From contig OZ024744.1 in NCBI GenBank assembly GCA_964016885.1, forward strand, positions 77,314,001 to 77,378,000: a stretch of DNA of 64,000 bases, in the 5' to 3' direction. The notes below the pieces were generated by a model. It made no database searches, had not been told where the DNA came from, and saw only the letters and a program-made list of their open reading frames with translations. Below, piece after piece: positions 1-14,574 of the stretch. Every line of letters starts with the position of its first letter. The first letter of the stretch is position 1. Both the position numbers and the translations under genes were made by a program. The stretch is from Eledone cirrhosa. Lineage: Eukaryota.

Positions 1-510
1 GGGGTGACTCGGGTACCCCACCAATCCTGAACTGCCCTGCGCTTCTAGGGCACCCGGGGAGAGCACCCCTGTCCTTATCAAATTAGCTAGCCTATAGGCG
101 CATGGTCAGAGTAGGCCCATTCACACGCTACATTCATCCACCTTTTAGCAAATGTACTGGGGGGCAGCACTTCTTTCTCCACCCTCACCTTCCTTTCCAG
201 GAGAAACTTGAATGAGGGATTGGCCGAAGAGATAAGTGTCTGTCTTCAGTGTTTTCAATCTGGTCCACCATACAACCTCTTTCGCAACTGCCACCAGACA
301 GAGGAAAATTTCATGCTCTTCCTGACCCAAGGAAGGCGGCGGGTCGATCTTCATTATGGACTCGGCCGATAGCCGGATCCGTTCTACACGCGACAACAGC
401 TGATCGGAAATAACTCCACAAGTCAGTAATGCACGGTCTTTGGACAAGTGCGCGAAAAACGGTTTCGTCGCTCTGTGCGCATCTCGGGCAGGTCCGTCTG
501 ACAGCACTTC
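1..510 (-). mobile_element. 3' fragment of an L1/Tx1-clade non-LTR retrotransposon ORF2 (degenerate CCHC knuckle region)
   Basis: Minus strand reads CPRCAQSDETVF.ALVQ.PCITDLW, then in another frame FLCLVAVAKEVVWWTR. This matches the C-terminal pattern of Tx1/L1 ORF2. Frameshifted. Confidence 0.7.
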
Positions 511-512
511 CT

Positions 513-1000
513 ATGTCTACGTCATTTTTATTTTATCTGTTTATTTATTTATTTTTGTCCTCTTCTCTGCGGATGCGTTTGAGTGTGTGTATCGTGTTTG
601 ATGTGTGTGTTCGCGTTTGGGTGACTGTTTTGGTTATTGTATTCTATCTCAGTCACCAAAACGCGAACACACACCAAACACGATACACACACGCAAACGC
701 ATGCGCAGAGAAGAAGACAATAATAAATAAATAAATAAACAGATAAAATAAAAATGGCGTAGACATACAATACAACAGGAGGAAACATAATAGTACCACT
801 GATGATGTTGCAGATGTGCAACGAAAGAACTTTGTTAGACTATATATATATGTATTTATATCTGTATTTTTGACCATTGGTCAGTCAATGATGAACATTG
901 AGGACCAAATGAATTAACTATGGAGATATAAAAGATACAGAATCGAAAACCAACCATACAGTGACTGTGTTCTGTTATTATTTCTGGCAATATTATTGCA
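513..1000 (+). mobile_element. Inverted copy of the Penelope-like 3' repeat (pLTR-like) with 5' foldback
   Basis: About 650-1000 is the reverse complement of about 2030-2370. 513-630 and 650-767 form an inverted repeat. Confidence 0.75.
790..844 (+). ncRNA. Minimal type I hammerhead ribozyme in the pLTR copy
   Basis: CTGATGA-t-gttgca-gatg-tgcaac-GAAA-gaac-TT. Stem II is perfect and stem I is imperfect. Confidence 0.6.
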
Positions 1001-1506
1001 ACAATATGACCCCCCCCCCCCCAAGTATAACAATATCTGTTTCGACACACGATTTCATATCAAAAACCTCGCAAAACATATATTTGTGACAGTGTCTACA
1101 AAGATCTGCCAAGATGTTTTGATGTTGGTTGAAATGTGTGCGTGTGTAAAAGACTAGTCAACATGTGATAGTTCATAATTGCATCCCAGTTGGCATTATA
1201 GAGATCCATGTTATCAAATGGGTGGGCTGGAAAGAGGTCTCTGGGATTAGCTTTCGGCTGGTGGAATCTCAGTTCTGTCCTACGCCATCTTGTTTTTGTG
1301 TGTGTTAGATAGGACTAGACATAAGATAGGGAAAGCCACCTCATGATACGACAACCAGAGATACGAGAGTGTCATGTTCGTGGACGCTACCCCTGGAGGG
1401 AAATTAGCTAACCAGTGTAGAAAGGCCCTGAGAAAGACCCACACAAAAACAAGATGGCGTAGGACGGAACAAAGGAGAGGCACAAAAACAAAGAAAAGAA
1501 TCCCCA

Positions 1507-1549
1507 GTCACTGAAGAGGTCACAGAATGTGTGACGAAAGAACTTTGAC
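1507..1549 (+). ncRNA. Minimal type I hammerhead ribozyme
   Basis: gtca-CTGAAGA-g-gtcac-agaatgt-gtgac-GAAA-gaac-TT-tgac. Stem I gtca/tgac, stem II gtcac/gtgac, very short stem III. Confidence 0.7.
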
Positions 1550-1771
1550 AATATATGAACAACCGTCCGGTTGTGGAACCAACCAACCAACCAACCGGAA
1601 CTTTATAAATTCTTAAATTTATAAATTTAATTTATAATAAATTGGAGTGAAAGCAACTGGTGCGTGTGTTTCTTATTAACAGCATGACCCTCCCAAAGCA
1701 TAACAATATCGGTTTCAACACACGTTTTCAGATAAATAATCTTGTTAAACAAATTCAGAAATATATATATA

Positions 1772-1821
<50 letters not shown>

Positions 1822-1857
1822 TATGAATATATATATAAATATGTATATATATATGAA

Positions 1858-1982
1858 TATAACAAAGGAATTGTGGTAAGAAACCAGATGAACCATAACG
1901 CACCAGAGTACTCCAGTACTCCAGAAATAGCCGTCGAAACGGCTTGAGCTCTGCCGTCGGGGTCATACTTTTTCCTATATGA
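1858..1982. mobile_element. Family C short element fragment (3' half of a hammerhead), rearranged, in (TA)n
   Basis: Contains gccgtcGAAACGGCttgagctctGCCGTCggggtc. Homologous to 17435-17645, 35290-35555, 59843-60242 and 62343-62538. Confidence 0.65.
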
Positions 1983-2191
1983 ATATATATAAATATATAT
2001 ATATATATATTGGGGAAGGGCATATTTGTGTAATAATATTGCCAGAATTAATAACAGAACAAACACACTGTTTGGTTGGTTTTCGCTTCTGTGTCTTTTA
2101 TATCGGTTAATTTAATTTATTCGGTCCTCAATGTTGCCATTGACTGACCAACGGTCAAAAATACAGATATAATATAGACACAAACACATAT

Positions 2192-2250
2192 ATATAGTCT
2201 AACAAAGTTCTTTCGTTACACATCTGCAACATCGTCAGTGGTGCTATTAT
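2192..2250 (-). ncRNA. Hammerhead ribozyme in the 3' repeat of the Penelope-like element
   Basis: Reverse complement reads CTGACGA-tgttgca-gatg-tgtaac-GAAA-gaac-TT. It lies about 200 nt downstream of the ORF on the same strand. Confidence 0.6.
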
Positions 2251-2436
2251 GTGTCCACCTGTTGTATTGTATGCCTACGCCATCTTTATTTCGTCTGTTT
2301 ATTTATTTATTTTTGCCTTCTTCTCTGCGCATGCGTTTGCGTGTGTGTATTGGTTATTGTATTCTATCTTAGTTTACTAGTGTGTGTTTATATGTGTTTG
2401 TTGTTATTGTGCTTGTGTATGTATTTATTTATTTAT

Positions 2437-4740
2437 TTATACTTTTCTTATGTCAGTATTGTTTGTTTGGGTGTTGTTGTTATTCCATTCATTTTTTCTG
2501 TTTAGCCTTTGCCTTCTAAATTCTATTTCGCTGGCCTCTCTGATTTGCCTATCTGCTTGGTCATTTCTATGTTTAGATATTATTTTAATGTCTATGTTGT
2601 CTATGTTACCGTCGTGTTGTTGTCTGGCATGTTCGTATAGTACTGAACCGGTTTTTTCGTCCTTTTAGTTCCCCCCAGTGTTGGTCTATCCTTTCTCCTA
2701 TGCTACGAGCTGCCTCGCCTATGTATGTTGTTGTCATGTTTCTGCAAGTACCCTCTGTACATCTAATGCTATAGACTACGTTTCTAGTCTTACAGTTTAT
2801 CCGGGGGTTTACTTTACATATAATACATTTCCTATTAGTACAGTGGGTTTTCTTAAAAGGGTAGGTTTTGCTGATCAGGGATTTTATGGTGGTTCCTGGC
2901 TTTTCTACCACCTTAATCTTTAAGAGGGTCTTTCTCAGGGCCTTTCTACACTGGTTAGCTAATTTCCCTCCAGGGGTAGCGTCCACGAACATGACACTCT
3001 GGTATCTCTGGTTGTCGTACCATGAGGTGGCTTCCCCTGTCTTATGTCTAGTCCTATCTAAGCTATTCCTTGATTTGCTCCTGCATAATGGGCAAATTCC
3101 TTTCATGTCCATTTCTATGAGGGTCTTATACTTCTCCGTGGCTCCTTCGTATACTCTGATTCTGTCTCTTTGGTTGTAGCCAGAGAACTGCATGCGGTTG
3201 ATGAAGTGTTGGATGTGTCTTTCCATTTCTGTTGGGTCGCACATGTGGGACACGTTCTTCATCACTCGTACCAAGTCTGCGATCAAAATATTAAACTTAG
3301 TACTACTGGACATTGCTGAGTTTTTGAGTATCAGGTATTTGGAGGCCATGGGTTTAGCGTAGTGTAAGTGGAGAATTTGGGCTCTCTCGTCTATAGTGTT
3401 AGTCCAGAGTTCCGTGTCTAATACAGGTAGTCTATTGTTAGGGTGTTTGGAAGGGTAGTCGATAGTTACAGTTATACTCTGGTGTATGGAATTAGCTATC
3501 TGCTGGATGCTTTCCATTGTGCTACGTTCTAAATCAAACTTGTTAGTACTCTCTTGTGGGGATGTCCTTATTACTATATTGATGTCGTCTACGTAACGAG
3601 AGTACATGATGAGGTTTATGGAGCTCTCATCAAGGAGATCTTTGAGTCTCCTTTCCCACCATACCATAAAAAGGTTGGCAACGTCACCAGCTATGCTGAC
3701 GCCAATGGCTACTCCCTCATTTTGGGTGTAGATCTTCTCGTTGAATTTGAATATGTGGCCCTTTAGGGTAGTTTTGATACTAGCCCCTATTGCATGTGCG
3801 ACGATTTTTCTTACCTGATCATTGTTTTGGGGGTCCGTATAGCTTTGGTCCAATCCACTTTCCCATGGGAGTCTTTTTTGCCATTGAGGTTATGGTGGAG
3901 AGTCTACCTCTTATGGGTCTCCTGGGGCAAAAACGTCTAAGGTCATGGCTGTCTAGGTAGTCAGTGTCATAGGTAAGTCTAAGTAGGAGGCCCAGTTCGC
4001 CTGTATCGACGTCGCAGAACTCCACCTCACTCTCAATGATCATCTCCACACATTTTTCCACAGCAAAATCAATGTTAATGGATGGGTACAGTGATACCAC
4101 TCCCATACTGCCTATTATGCAGTTGGATTGGTTTTTGTTTTTGTTGAACTCACTGGTTCTGCTGAGGATGTCCTCTGTACTGTCACATACATCTGGGATA
4201 TCTTGATTATGGGGCGTATAACCATTGTGAGGAAGTAGGAGATCCTGTAGTTGCTAGCTATATGGTTCCGCATACAGGTCTTGTTGGTGGTCCTGTTGTC
4301 GCGTCGTCGATTGTCTTATGGTCTTTGCGGAGCCCATACAAGGGTGGTATGCCATTGTTAGACGCCTGGAAGTTGTTGGCAGTGCGCCTGCTTGGCTTTA
4401 GGATGTCGGTCCACATCATCATGTGAACGTTGAGGATTTTCTCTCTCCCCTCATGTGTTTGTTGTGTAATTTCGCTCGTGTTGGTGATGTGGGGTTGCAT
4501 AGCATTGATGTAGTTCGGCATGCTGTCTATTGACATCCTACCAGACTTATCCGTGGGTAGACATACTACCTCACCATCCCTTGTGCGCTGCTTGAAGCTA
4601 ACCAAGCCTTCTACAGGTTTCCTCCCAAGTTGTTGGACCTCTGGTCTGCTTTGTCTCCTAGTATACCGGTCTACTATTTGTCTAATCTTATTTCTAGCTA
4701 TGGTGAACTGTGCCTCTGTCTCGTCATTTATTTGTTGTGG
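2437..4740 (-). pseudogene. Penelope-like element RT + GIY-YIG endonuclease polyprotein, frameshifted (motif set recalls the Naiad-type clade)
   Basis: ORFs 4258-4806, 3819-4106 and 2606-3853 plus a shifted tail give PTDKSG, LYGLRKDHK..GPPTRPVCG, SMGVVSLYPSI, QNEGVAIG, YSRYVDD, LPVLD, YAKP, a Cys cluster, VVYSIRC...YIGE..RS..ER...H and RQIREA..I...LNRKNEW. Several frameshifts. Confidence 0.9.
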
Positions 4741-4866
4741 TATATATATGTGGTGTATATATGTTGTGGTGTATATATATATATATATGAATATATATAT
4801 ATACATATATATGAATATATATATATTAAAGAAGAAATTAAAAGATGGTTAAAAAAGTTCAATATA

Positions 4867-4932
4867 TTTTATTATGCTCATTTCGAAAACAAAATCATCC
4901 TGGGACAAAAATTGTGTTCCCATCAGATAAAA
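4867..4932 (-). ncRNA. Hammerhead-like motif upstream of the Penelope ORF
   Basis: Reverse complement reads ttttat-CTGATGG-gaacacaa...ttgttttc-GAAA-tgagca-TA-ataaaa. One core deviation (A9 to G). Confidence 0.5.
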
Positions 4933-4953
4933 TAAGGTAACATGATATGAGGC

Positions 4954-8233
<3,280 letters not shown>

Positions 8234-8235
8234 GA

Positions 8236-8350
8236 AGGTGCGTGGCTGACTGGTTAGAGATTGGATTCGCAATCTTGAGGTTGTGAGTTCGATTTCTAGA
8301 CCAGGCGATGCGTTATGTCCTTGAGCAAGACACTTTATTTCACGTTGTTC
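8236..8350 (+). mobile_element. tRNA-derived SINE head (family 2)
   Basis: A box TGGCTGACTGGTTAG and B box GAGTTCGATTTC, followed by gtccttgagcaagacacttt. Related to 44640-44985. Confidence 0.7.
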
Positions 8351-8669
8351 CTTCTACCTGGAGTTGTGACCAATAGACAGTATTAGCAATTGGAAACAGC
8401 AACGGAAACATTGCTTCCTCGGTCCGATTTGACGTATGTGTATATATATGTGTGTATGTGTGTGTGTGTGTGTGTTGTTTGCATGCTCCAGTGCCGTTTG
8501 TGGTATGTATGTTATTCAGTTTCTTTTTCTTTTCTTTCTTTTTGTGATTTTTTTCTCCTTCATATAACTTCTTTTCCTTTAAGTGTTGAATTAGTTTATT
8601 TCACTTTCTCAAAATTGAAAATATTGTTGATTCAGTTTAGATTGATTAATGTAGAATGTTTTATTAATA

Positions 8670-9328
8670 ATTCTTTCTAATATTAACACAAGGCCAGCAA
8701 ATTTGAGGAAATAAGAAAACCGATTATATCATAGCCCCACCACCACTATCTTCCTCCTCCAGTACTTAACTAGTATTTTTGGAAGGCAAAGTTGGCTTCT
8801 GCGGGATTTGAAATCAAGACGTAAATGGCCATAACTCTAAGCCACAAATGCACTTTGTTCGACCCTCTAACCAATACTACCAATCCACCACCCTCTCACG
8901 CTTTATTAATAATTGTTTCTACTTTTGGCACAAAGCCAGCAATTTTGGATGCGGGGTGGGGGGAATCGATTAAATCGACCCAGTGCATTAGTGGTGCTTT
9001 ATTTATCGACCTCGTCAGGAGGAAAGGCAAAGTTAACCTCAGCGAGATTTGAATTCAGAACCTAAAGGGCCATAACTCTATGCTGCAGAGCATGGTGTCT
9101 AATGCTCTACCGATACTGCAAATCTACCGCCCTCTCACGTTTCATTAATAATTGTTTCTACTTTTGGCACAAGGCCAGCAATTACCTCAGCGTATTACTG
9201 GTACTTTATTTTATCGACCCTGTAAGGATGAAAGGCAAAGCTAACATCGGTGGAATTTGAATTCAGAACGTAAAGGGCCATAACTCTGTGCTGCAAAGCA
9301 TGGTGTCTGACCCTCTACCGATATTGCC
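8670..9328 (-). mobile_element. Three head-to-tail tRNA-derived SINEs (family 1, Meta-domain-like core)
   Basis: Copies at about 8670-8893, 8910-9132 and 9149-9328. A box TGGCAGTATCGG, B box GAGTTCAAATCCC, core gcctttcatccttacggggtcgataaaataaagtaccag. Confidence 0.9.
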
Positions 9329-9519
9329 TCTCGTGTTTTATTAATAATACAATTTACAAAAGTGACAAAAAGAATGAATGAAAAGGAAGAAAGAAAATAT
9401 AATTGCAAAAATAAATTAAACATATTTATACACTTGAAATCTTAACACAATACTTGGCATGGCAATAACGTCTGTATAACCCTTTAAATAAAAATACACA
9501 ACATATTGAAATTAAAATT

Positions 9520-9810
9520 TATTTATTCTGCAAAACATAATCCTCATTGAATGCAATAACATCTTTACAGTGATTATGCAAAATATTTAATTCTTTCTGG
9601 AACCATTCCTTCGGCAATTGTCGAAACCAGCACGATTCATTCTAATGAAGCGAAAACAAATTTTCAAAGATGTTGCTTCAATAACTTGAACACCCAACAA
9701 TCAAACAAATTTAAGTCGGGGCTATAGGGTGATTGTTTGATCATTGCCACTCTTCTCCTCTGGAAAAATATCTTTTGTGGATTGAGGCAGTTCGATGCGT
9801 GTATTATAAA
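9520..9810 (-). pseudogene. Mariner transposase C-terminal remnant
   Basis: Minus strand translates to QSPYSPDLNLFDCWVFKLLKQHL (YSPDL motif) and ends CKDVIAFNEDYV. Stops present. Confidence 0.8.
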
Positions 9811-9991
9811 CTCACAAGAATGACAGCAAAATAATTATGCATAGATCTGTGACAAAATACAGCATTCTTACAGAATATCACACATGTACAGCAAAGTTCA
9901 AATTCCAACTAATATAACTACATTTACTGCTATATACGGTGCACAGCCTACTATTTTAAAAGCTTTACTCCACGCCAAGTTTATTGATATA

Positions 9992-10028
<37 letters not shown>

Positions 10029-10316
10029 GAAGAGAATAAAAAAAAAAGGACTGCTGCTGTAAATCCTTTTAATAGTCACAGGGGCTGAATTTCAGTGGGG
10101 ATAATATTGACTTAACCTTCAAGTTACACACGGGGGTAATTTGAAATCAATTTCATCCTACCTCCTGGTAGTTTGAACATGATTTTAAATGACTGTGCCG
10201 GTGGGGGAGGGGTAAGTATTATATTTTAAAGTCATTACACCGGGAGGAAAGCTACTCTGTTGGAAAAGTAAATGCAGTTTCGTGCACGCTCCATTCACTA
10301 CGTGAACTTTCTAGAA

Positions 10317-10608
10317 CAGGCATGGGAAACCTTTTTCGAGAAGCAGGCCGCATGAGATATAGCTCATCATCAGCCGGGCTGCAAGCGGTAATTTACATTC
10401 GTGCCCACATTTTAAAAAAAAGGGCGGTAACTCAGGTTGTTTTGATTTGTTTCTTCAGAATTCGTACACGTTGTTTTCCTCGATCATCATAAAAATAAAT
10501 TACGACTGAAAAAGTTAGGGTATAAACAAATCAGAAAGATTTCACTTAGGTGACTTAGGCGAGCCATTCAGAAAGCTTCGCGTGCCGTAGGTTGCTTGCT
10601 TATGACTG
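10317..10608 (+). mobile_element. Non-autonomous hAT MITE
   Basis: Ends caggcatggg.../...atgactg with a perfect 8-bp TSD ttctagaa (10309-10316, 10609-10616). Second copy at 54430-54704. Confidence 0.85.
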
Positions 10609-10831
10609 TTCTAGAACCACATCCGAACAACGTACTCTTCAGCGCATCTGCGACAGGGAAATAGCAGCACCACTTCCGTAGTTTCCCTGTTTGTAAAGAC
10701 AGACGCAATTCTCTCCAGTCGGCTGCGTATCTCAGTCTTCCATTTGCTGTTACTACTCTTTAGGGAGTTTGGTCTCTGACTAAGAAGTAGTCGTAGTCGG
10801 GCACGACTTTTAAACTATACATATATACATA

Positions 10832-10901
<70 letters not shown>

Positions 10902-11259
10902 TACATTCATACACATATATACATACACACATATATATATATATATACACATATGGTGGTGGTGGTGGTGGCGTGTGTTATCGCAGTTCCAGTACAGCGT
11001 GGCTGATGAATAAATAATTACATGTAGTCATATCCCTTTGTATTTAATTTCAGTGTGAAACCAGGCCCCAAGAGGGCTTTTTCCGGTAGCTCGGAATGTG
11101 GATCGAACCGACTAGTTTCATTGGCGTATGTGTTTGTATGTGTATATGTATGTGTGTGTGTGTGTGTGTGTCACATATCAATCTTCCCCGTCCTATCGGT
11201 TTACAAATATACCGTTTTGTTTCCCCCCATATCGTCCCCCCCCCCACCCTCTCCTCACA

Positions 11260-11975
11260 TCATCACAATCAGCTTTACCACCTCCAACACCAATACTACC
11301 ACAACCACCAACACTACCACCACCACCACCACTGAAACAGTAACCACCACAATCATCATTATAATCATCATCATCATCGTCGTCATCACTTCCACCACTG
11401 CTACCTTCACCACCACTATCATCACCACAAACATCACCACCGCCACCCGCCACAATCACCATTACCCCCAACCACCACCACCACCACTATCGCCATTACC
11501 ACCACCACCACCTCAACACCACCATCACCATTACCCCAACCACAAACACCACCACCACCACCACCACCACCAACACCACACACACTATCACAACTATTAC
11601 CACAACCACAAAACTATCGCCACCACCACAACTATCACCTAATCACCACCACCACCACCACCACCACTATCACCACCACCATCAGTACCACCAGCAGCAA
11701 CACCACCAGCAACACCACTGTCACCACCACCACCACCACCACAACTATCACCAAACCACCACCACTAACACCAGCAACTCCACCACCACCACAACCACCA
11801 CCACTATCACCACCATCAACAACCACCACCACCACTTCCACCAACACCACCACTGTCACCACCAGCACTACCACCACCGTCACCATCATCACAACACTAT
11901 CACCACCACCGCCACCACCACCACCACCCCAACCACCACAACTATCACCAAATCACCACCACCACCACCACCATA
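11260..11975. repeat. Degenerate (CAC)n trinucleotide tract
   Basis: Continuous cac/cat/aac triplets. Confidence 0.95.
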
Positions 11976-12339
11976 ATCAGCAATAGCTATTGCTAGAAGG
12001 TACTACCTGACATTCCGCCGAGCTGGGGGGGGGGGGGTTGTTTTTCTGTTGTTTTTAGGGTTATTTTTTCTTTTTTCTTTTCCTCAACAGCCCGCTGACG
12101 AGAAAAGGGTTTATTTAATAGAAGTATTAATAAGCCAGGGCAGTGTGACCCCCTTCGCTTCTTACTCCTTCTCCTCCTCCCGCCCCTCCCCCTCCTTTTT
12201 GCGCGCGGTCATTGATAGTTCAGTAGGGGTAGAGAGAAAGAGTGAGAGAGACAGAGAGAGAGAGAAGAGGATATAGGTAGGGGAGGTGGAGGGAGTGAAA
12301 CCCCTTATAAAACCTACGCATACCTATAGTACAGTTGGT

Positions 12340-12720
12340 AATGATGGTGGTGGTGGTGGCGGTCTGGTGGTGGTGGCGGAGGCGGTGTTGTTGACAGTAG
12401 CCGTGTTGATAGTGGCGGGTGCGGCGGTGACGGGGGGGGGGTTCTTTGGTGGTGCTGCTGCTGCTGCTGGTTATGGTGGTGGTGCTGCTGCTGTTGGTTA
12501 TGGTGGTGGTGGTGGTGGTGGTGCTGCTGCTGCTGGTTATGTGGTGGGGATGATGATGATGGTTATGGTGGCCGTGGCGATGGTGCTGATGATGATGGTA
12601 ATGGTGGCGGTAGTGGTTGTTGTTGTGGTGGTAGTGGTAGTGGTGGTGGTGGTGGTGCTGGTGCTGGTGTAGCAACAGTGTAAGGGGTGATGAAAGTAGC
12701 GATGGTAATGATGATGATTG
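12340..12720. repeat. Degenerate (GGT)n/(GCT)n tract
   Basis: Continuous ggt/gct/gat triplets. Confidence 0.9.
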
Positions 12721-12974
12721 TAATTGTTGTTGTTTAGCCCCAGGTCAGTCCTGATCGAGAAGCCCTACCCACCACCAATTGTAATTTCAGTCATCAATCC
12801 CTTCTTTCGTAGTATTTTAAGTTTAAAAATTGTCCAATGTGTCCTGTTTTTGTTGTTTGTTGGTTTCTTTCTTGGAGGGAGGAGGGGGGGGGGGGGGGTA
12901 AATGGAAATTTAACTGCTATGTTTAGTAGGTTGAGTGACCACGTAAACGCTCCCACGTAGATTTGTGGCCACGA

Positions 12975-13670
12975 TGGTAGCTGTAGTAGTGGTAGTAGTG
13001 GTGGTGGTGGTGGTGGTGGTGATGGGGGTGGAGGTGGTGGTGTGATGATAGTAGCTCTGGTAGTGGTGGTGGTGGTGGTGGTGGTGGTGGTGTGATGATA
13101 GTAGCTCTGGTAGTGGTGGTGGTGGTGGTAGTGGTGGTAGTGGTGGTGGTGGTGGTGGTGGTGGTGGTGTGATGATAGTAGCTCTGGTAGTGGTGGTGGT
13201 AGTGGTGGTGGTGGTGGTGGTGTAATGATAGTAGCTCTGGTAGTGGTGGTGGTGGTGGTGGTGTGATGATAGTAGCTCTGGTAGAGGTGGTGGTGGTGGT
13301 GGTGGTGGTGGTGTGATGATAGTAGCTCTGGTAGTGGTGGTGGTGGTGGTGTGATGATAGTAGCTCTGGTAGTGGTGGTGGTGGTGGTGGTGTGATGATA
13401 GTAGCTCTGGTAGAGGTGGTGGTGGTGGTGGTGGTGGTGGTGGTGGTGTGATGATAGTAGCTCTGGTAGTGGTGGTGGTGGTGGTGTGATGATAGTAGCT
13501 CTGGTAGTGGTGGTGGTGGTGGTGGTGTGATGATAGTAGCTCTGGTAGAGGTGGTGGTGGTGGTGGTGGTGGTGGTGGTGGTGTGATGATAGTAGCTCTG
13601 GTAGTGGTGGTGGTGGTGGTGGTGTGATGATAGTAGCTCTGGTAGAGGTGGTGATGGTGGTAGTGGCTCT
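12975..13670. repeat. Compound minisatellite: gtgatgatagtagctctggtag + (GGT)n, about 13 units
   Basis: Constant core separated by GGT runs of variable length. Confidence 0.95.
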
Positions 13671-14087
13671 GACTTTAACGGTGGGGGGGGGGGGTTATAA
13701 TTAAAGAGAGAGAGAGAGGGGGGCGGTGCAGATGGTAGCACTTTAGTAACCGAAAGTGATGTACAGGATATTGTAAACACACTAGGAAATTCTGTGTGTA
13801 TGTATGTGAGTGTATAAATAAGGATGTGGCAAGAAGGCAATGGCGGTGTGTGTGTGTGGGGGGGGGGGGGTATCTAGAAAGAAGGTGGGTCCTGCCGGTT
13901 GAAATACGCTAAGTCGTTGATGGTGATGGTGGCTACGGTTGTGATGATGGTTGTTGTTGTTGTTTAGCACCAGGTTTGCTTTGATTGAACTGATCTATAA
14001 TTAAAGATATTTGGCCGTGACCATCCTGTCGAAACGGCCGGAGCTCAGAGTCGGGGTCCTGAATCTTTTCATATATATATATATATA

Positions 14088-14424
14088 TTATTTTATCGAC
14101 CCCGTAAGGATGAAAGGCAAAGTCAACCTCGGCGGGATTGACTTTGCCTTTCATCCTTACGGGGTCGATAAAATAAAGTACCAGTAATGCACTGGGTTAT
14201 TGCTGGCCTTGTGCCTAAAGTAGAAACAATTATTAATTATATTGGCAGTATCGGTAGAGGGTCGGACGCCATACTTTGACGCATGGAGTTACGGCCCTTG
14301 CTATTCTGAGTTCAAATCCCGCCGCAGTTAACTTTGCCTTTCATCCTTACGAGGTCGATAAAATAAAGTACCAGAAATGCACTGGGATAATTGCTGGTCT
14401 TGTGCCAAAAGTAGAAACAGTTAT
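14088..14424. mobile_element. Family 1 SINEs: inverted partial pair (14088-14233) plus a near-full + copy (14242-14424)
   Basis: Core gcctttcatccttacg(g/a)ggtcgataaaat present in both orientations. A and B boxes present in the second copy. Confidence 0.85.
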
Positions 14425-14574
14425 TAATATTCGAGGAACTCAGATTGCATTTGTAATATATATATAATCTCATTCTTTCAATAATGTCACTTTGATGAAT
14501 CAAAGAAAGGGAAAAAAAAAGAAAAACGACCCTAAAATATATTTTCCGTGCTATTTCCAACTTCACCTTTTCTC

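Noticed and set aside
2437-4740. Selenocysteine recoding as reported for some Penelope-like elements
   Set aside because: The breaks I could trace are frameshifts, and the Cys positions are ordinary Cys codons. No in-frame TGA at a conserved Cys was seen.
12975-13670. CRISPR-like look: constant repeat with variable spacers
   Set aside because: Spacers are only GGT runs of different length. The context is eukaryotic and there are no cas genes.
11055-13840. His/Thr/Pro/Gly-rich ORFs (195, 128, 151, 305 aa)
   Set aside because: Trinucleotide repeats open in several frames. The 305-aa ORF cycles through all three readings of one unit.
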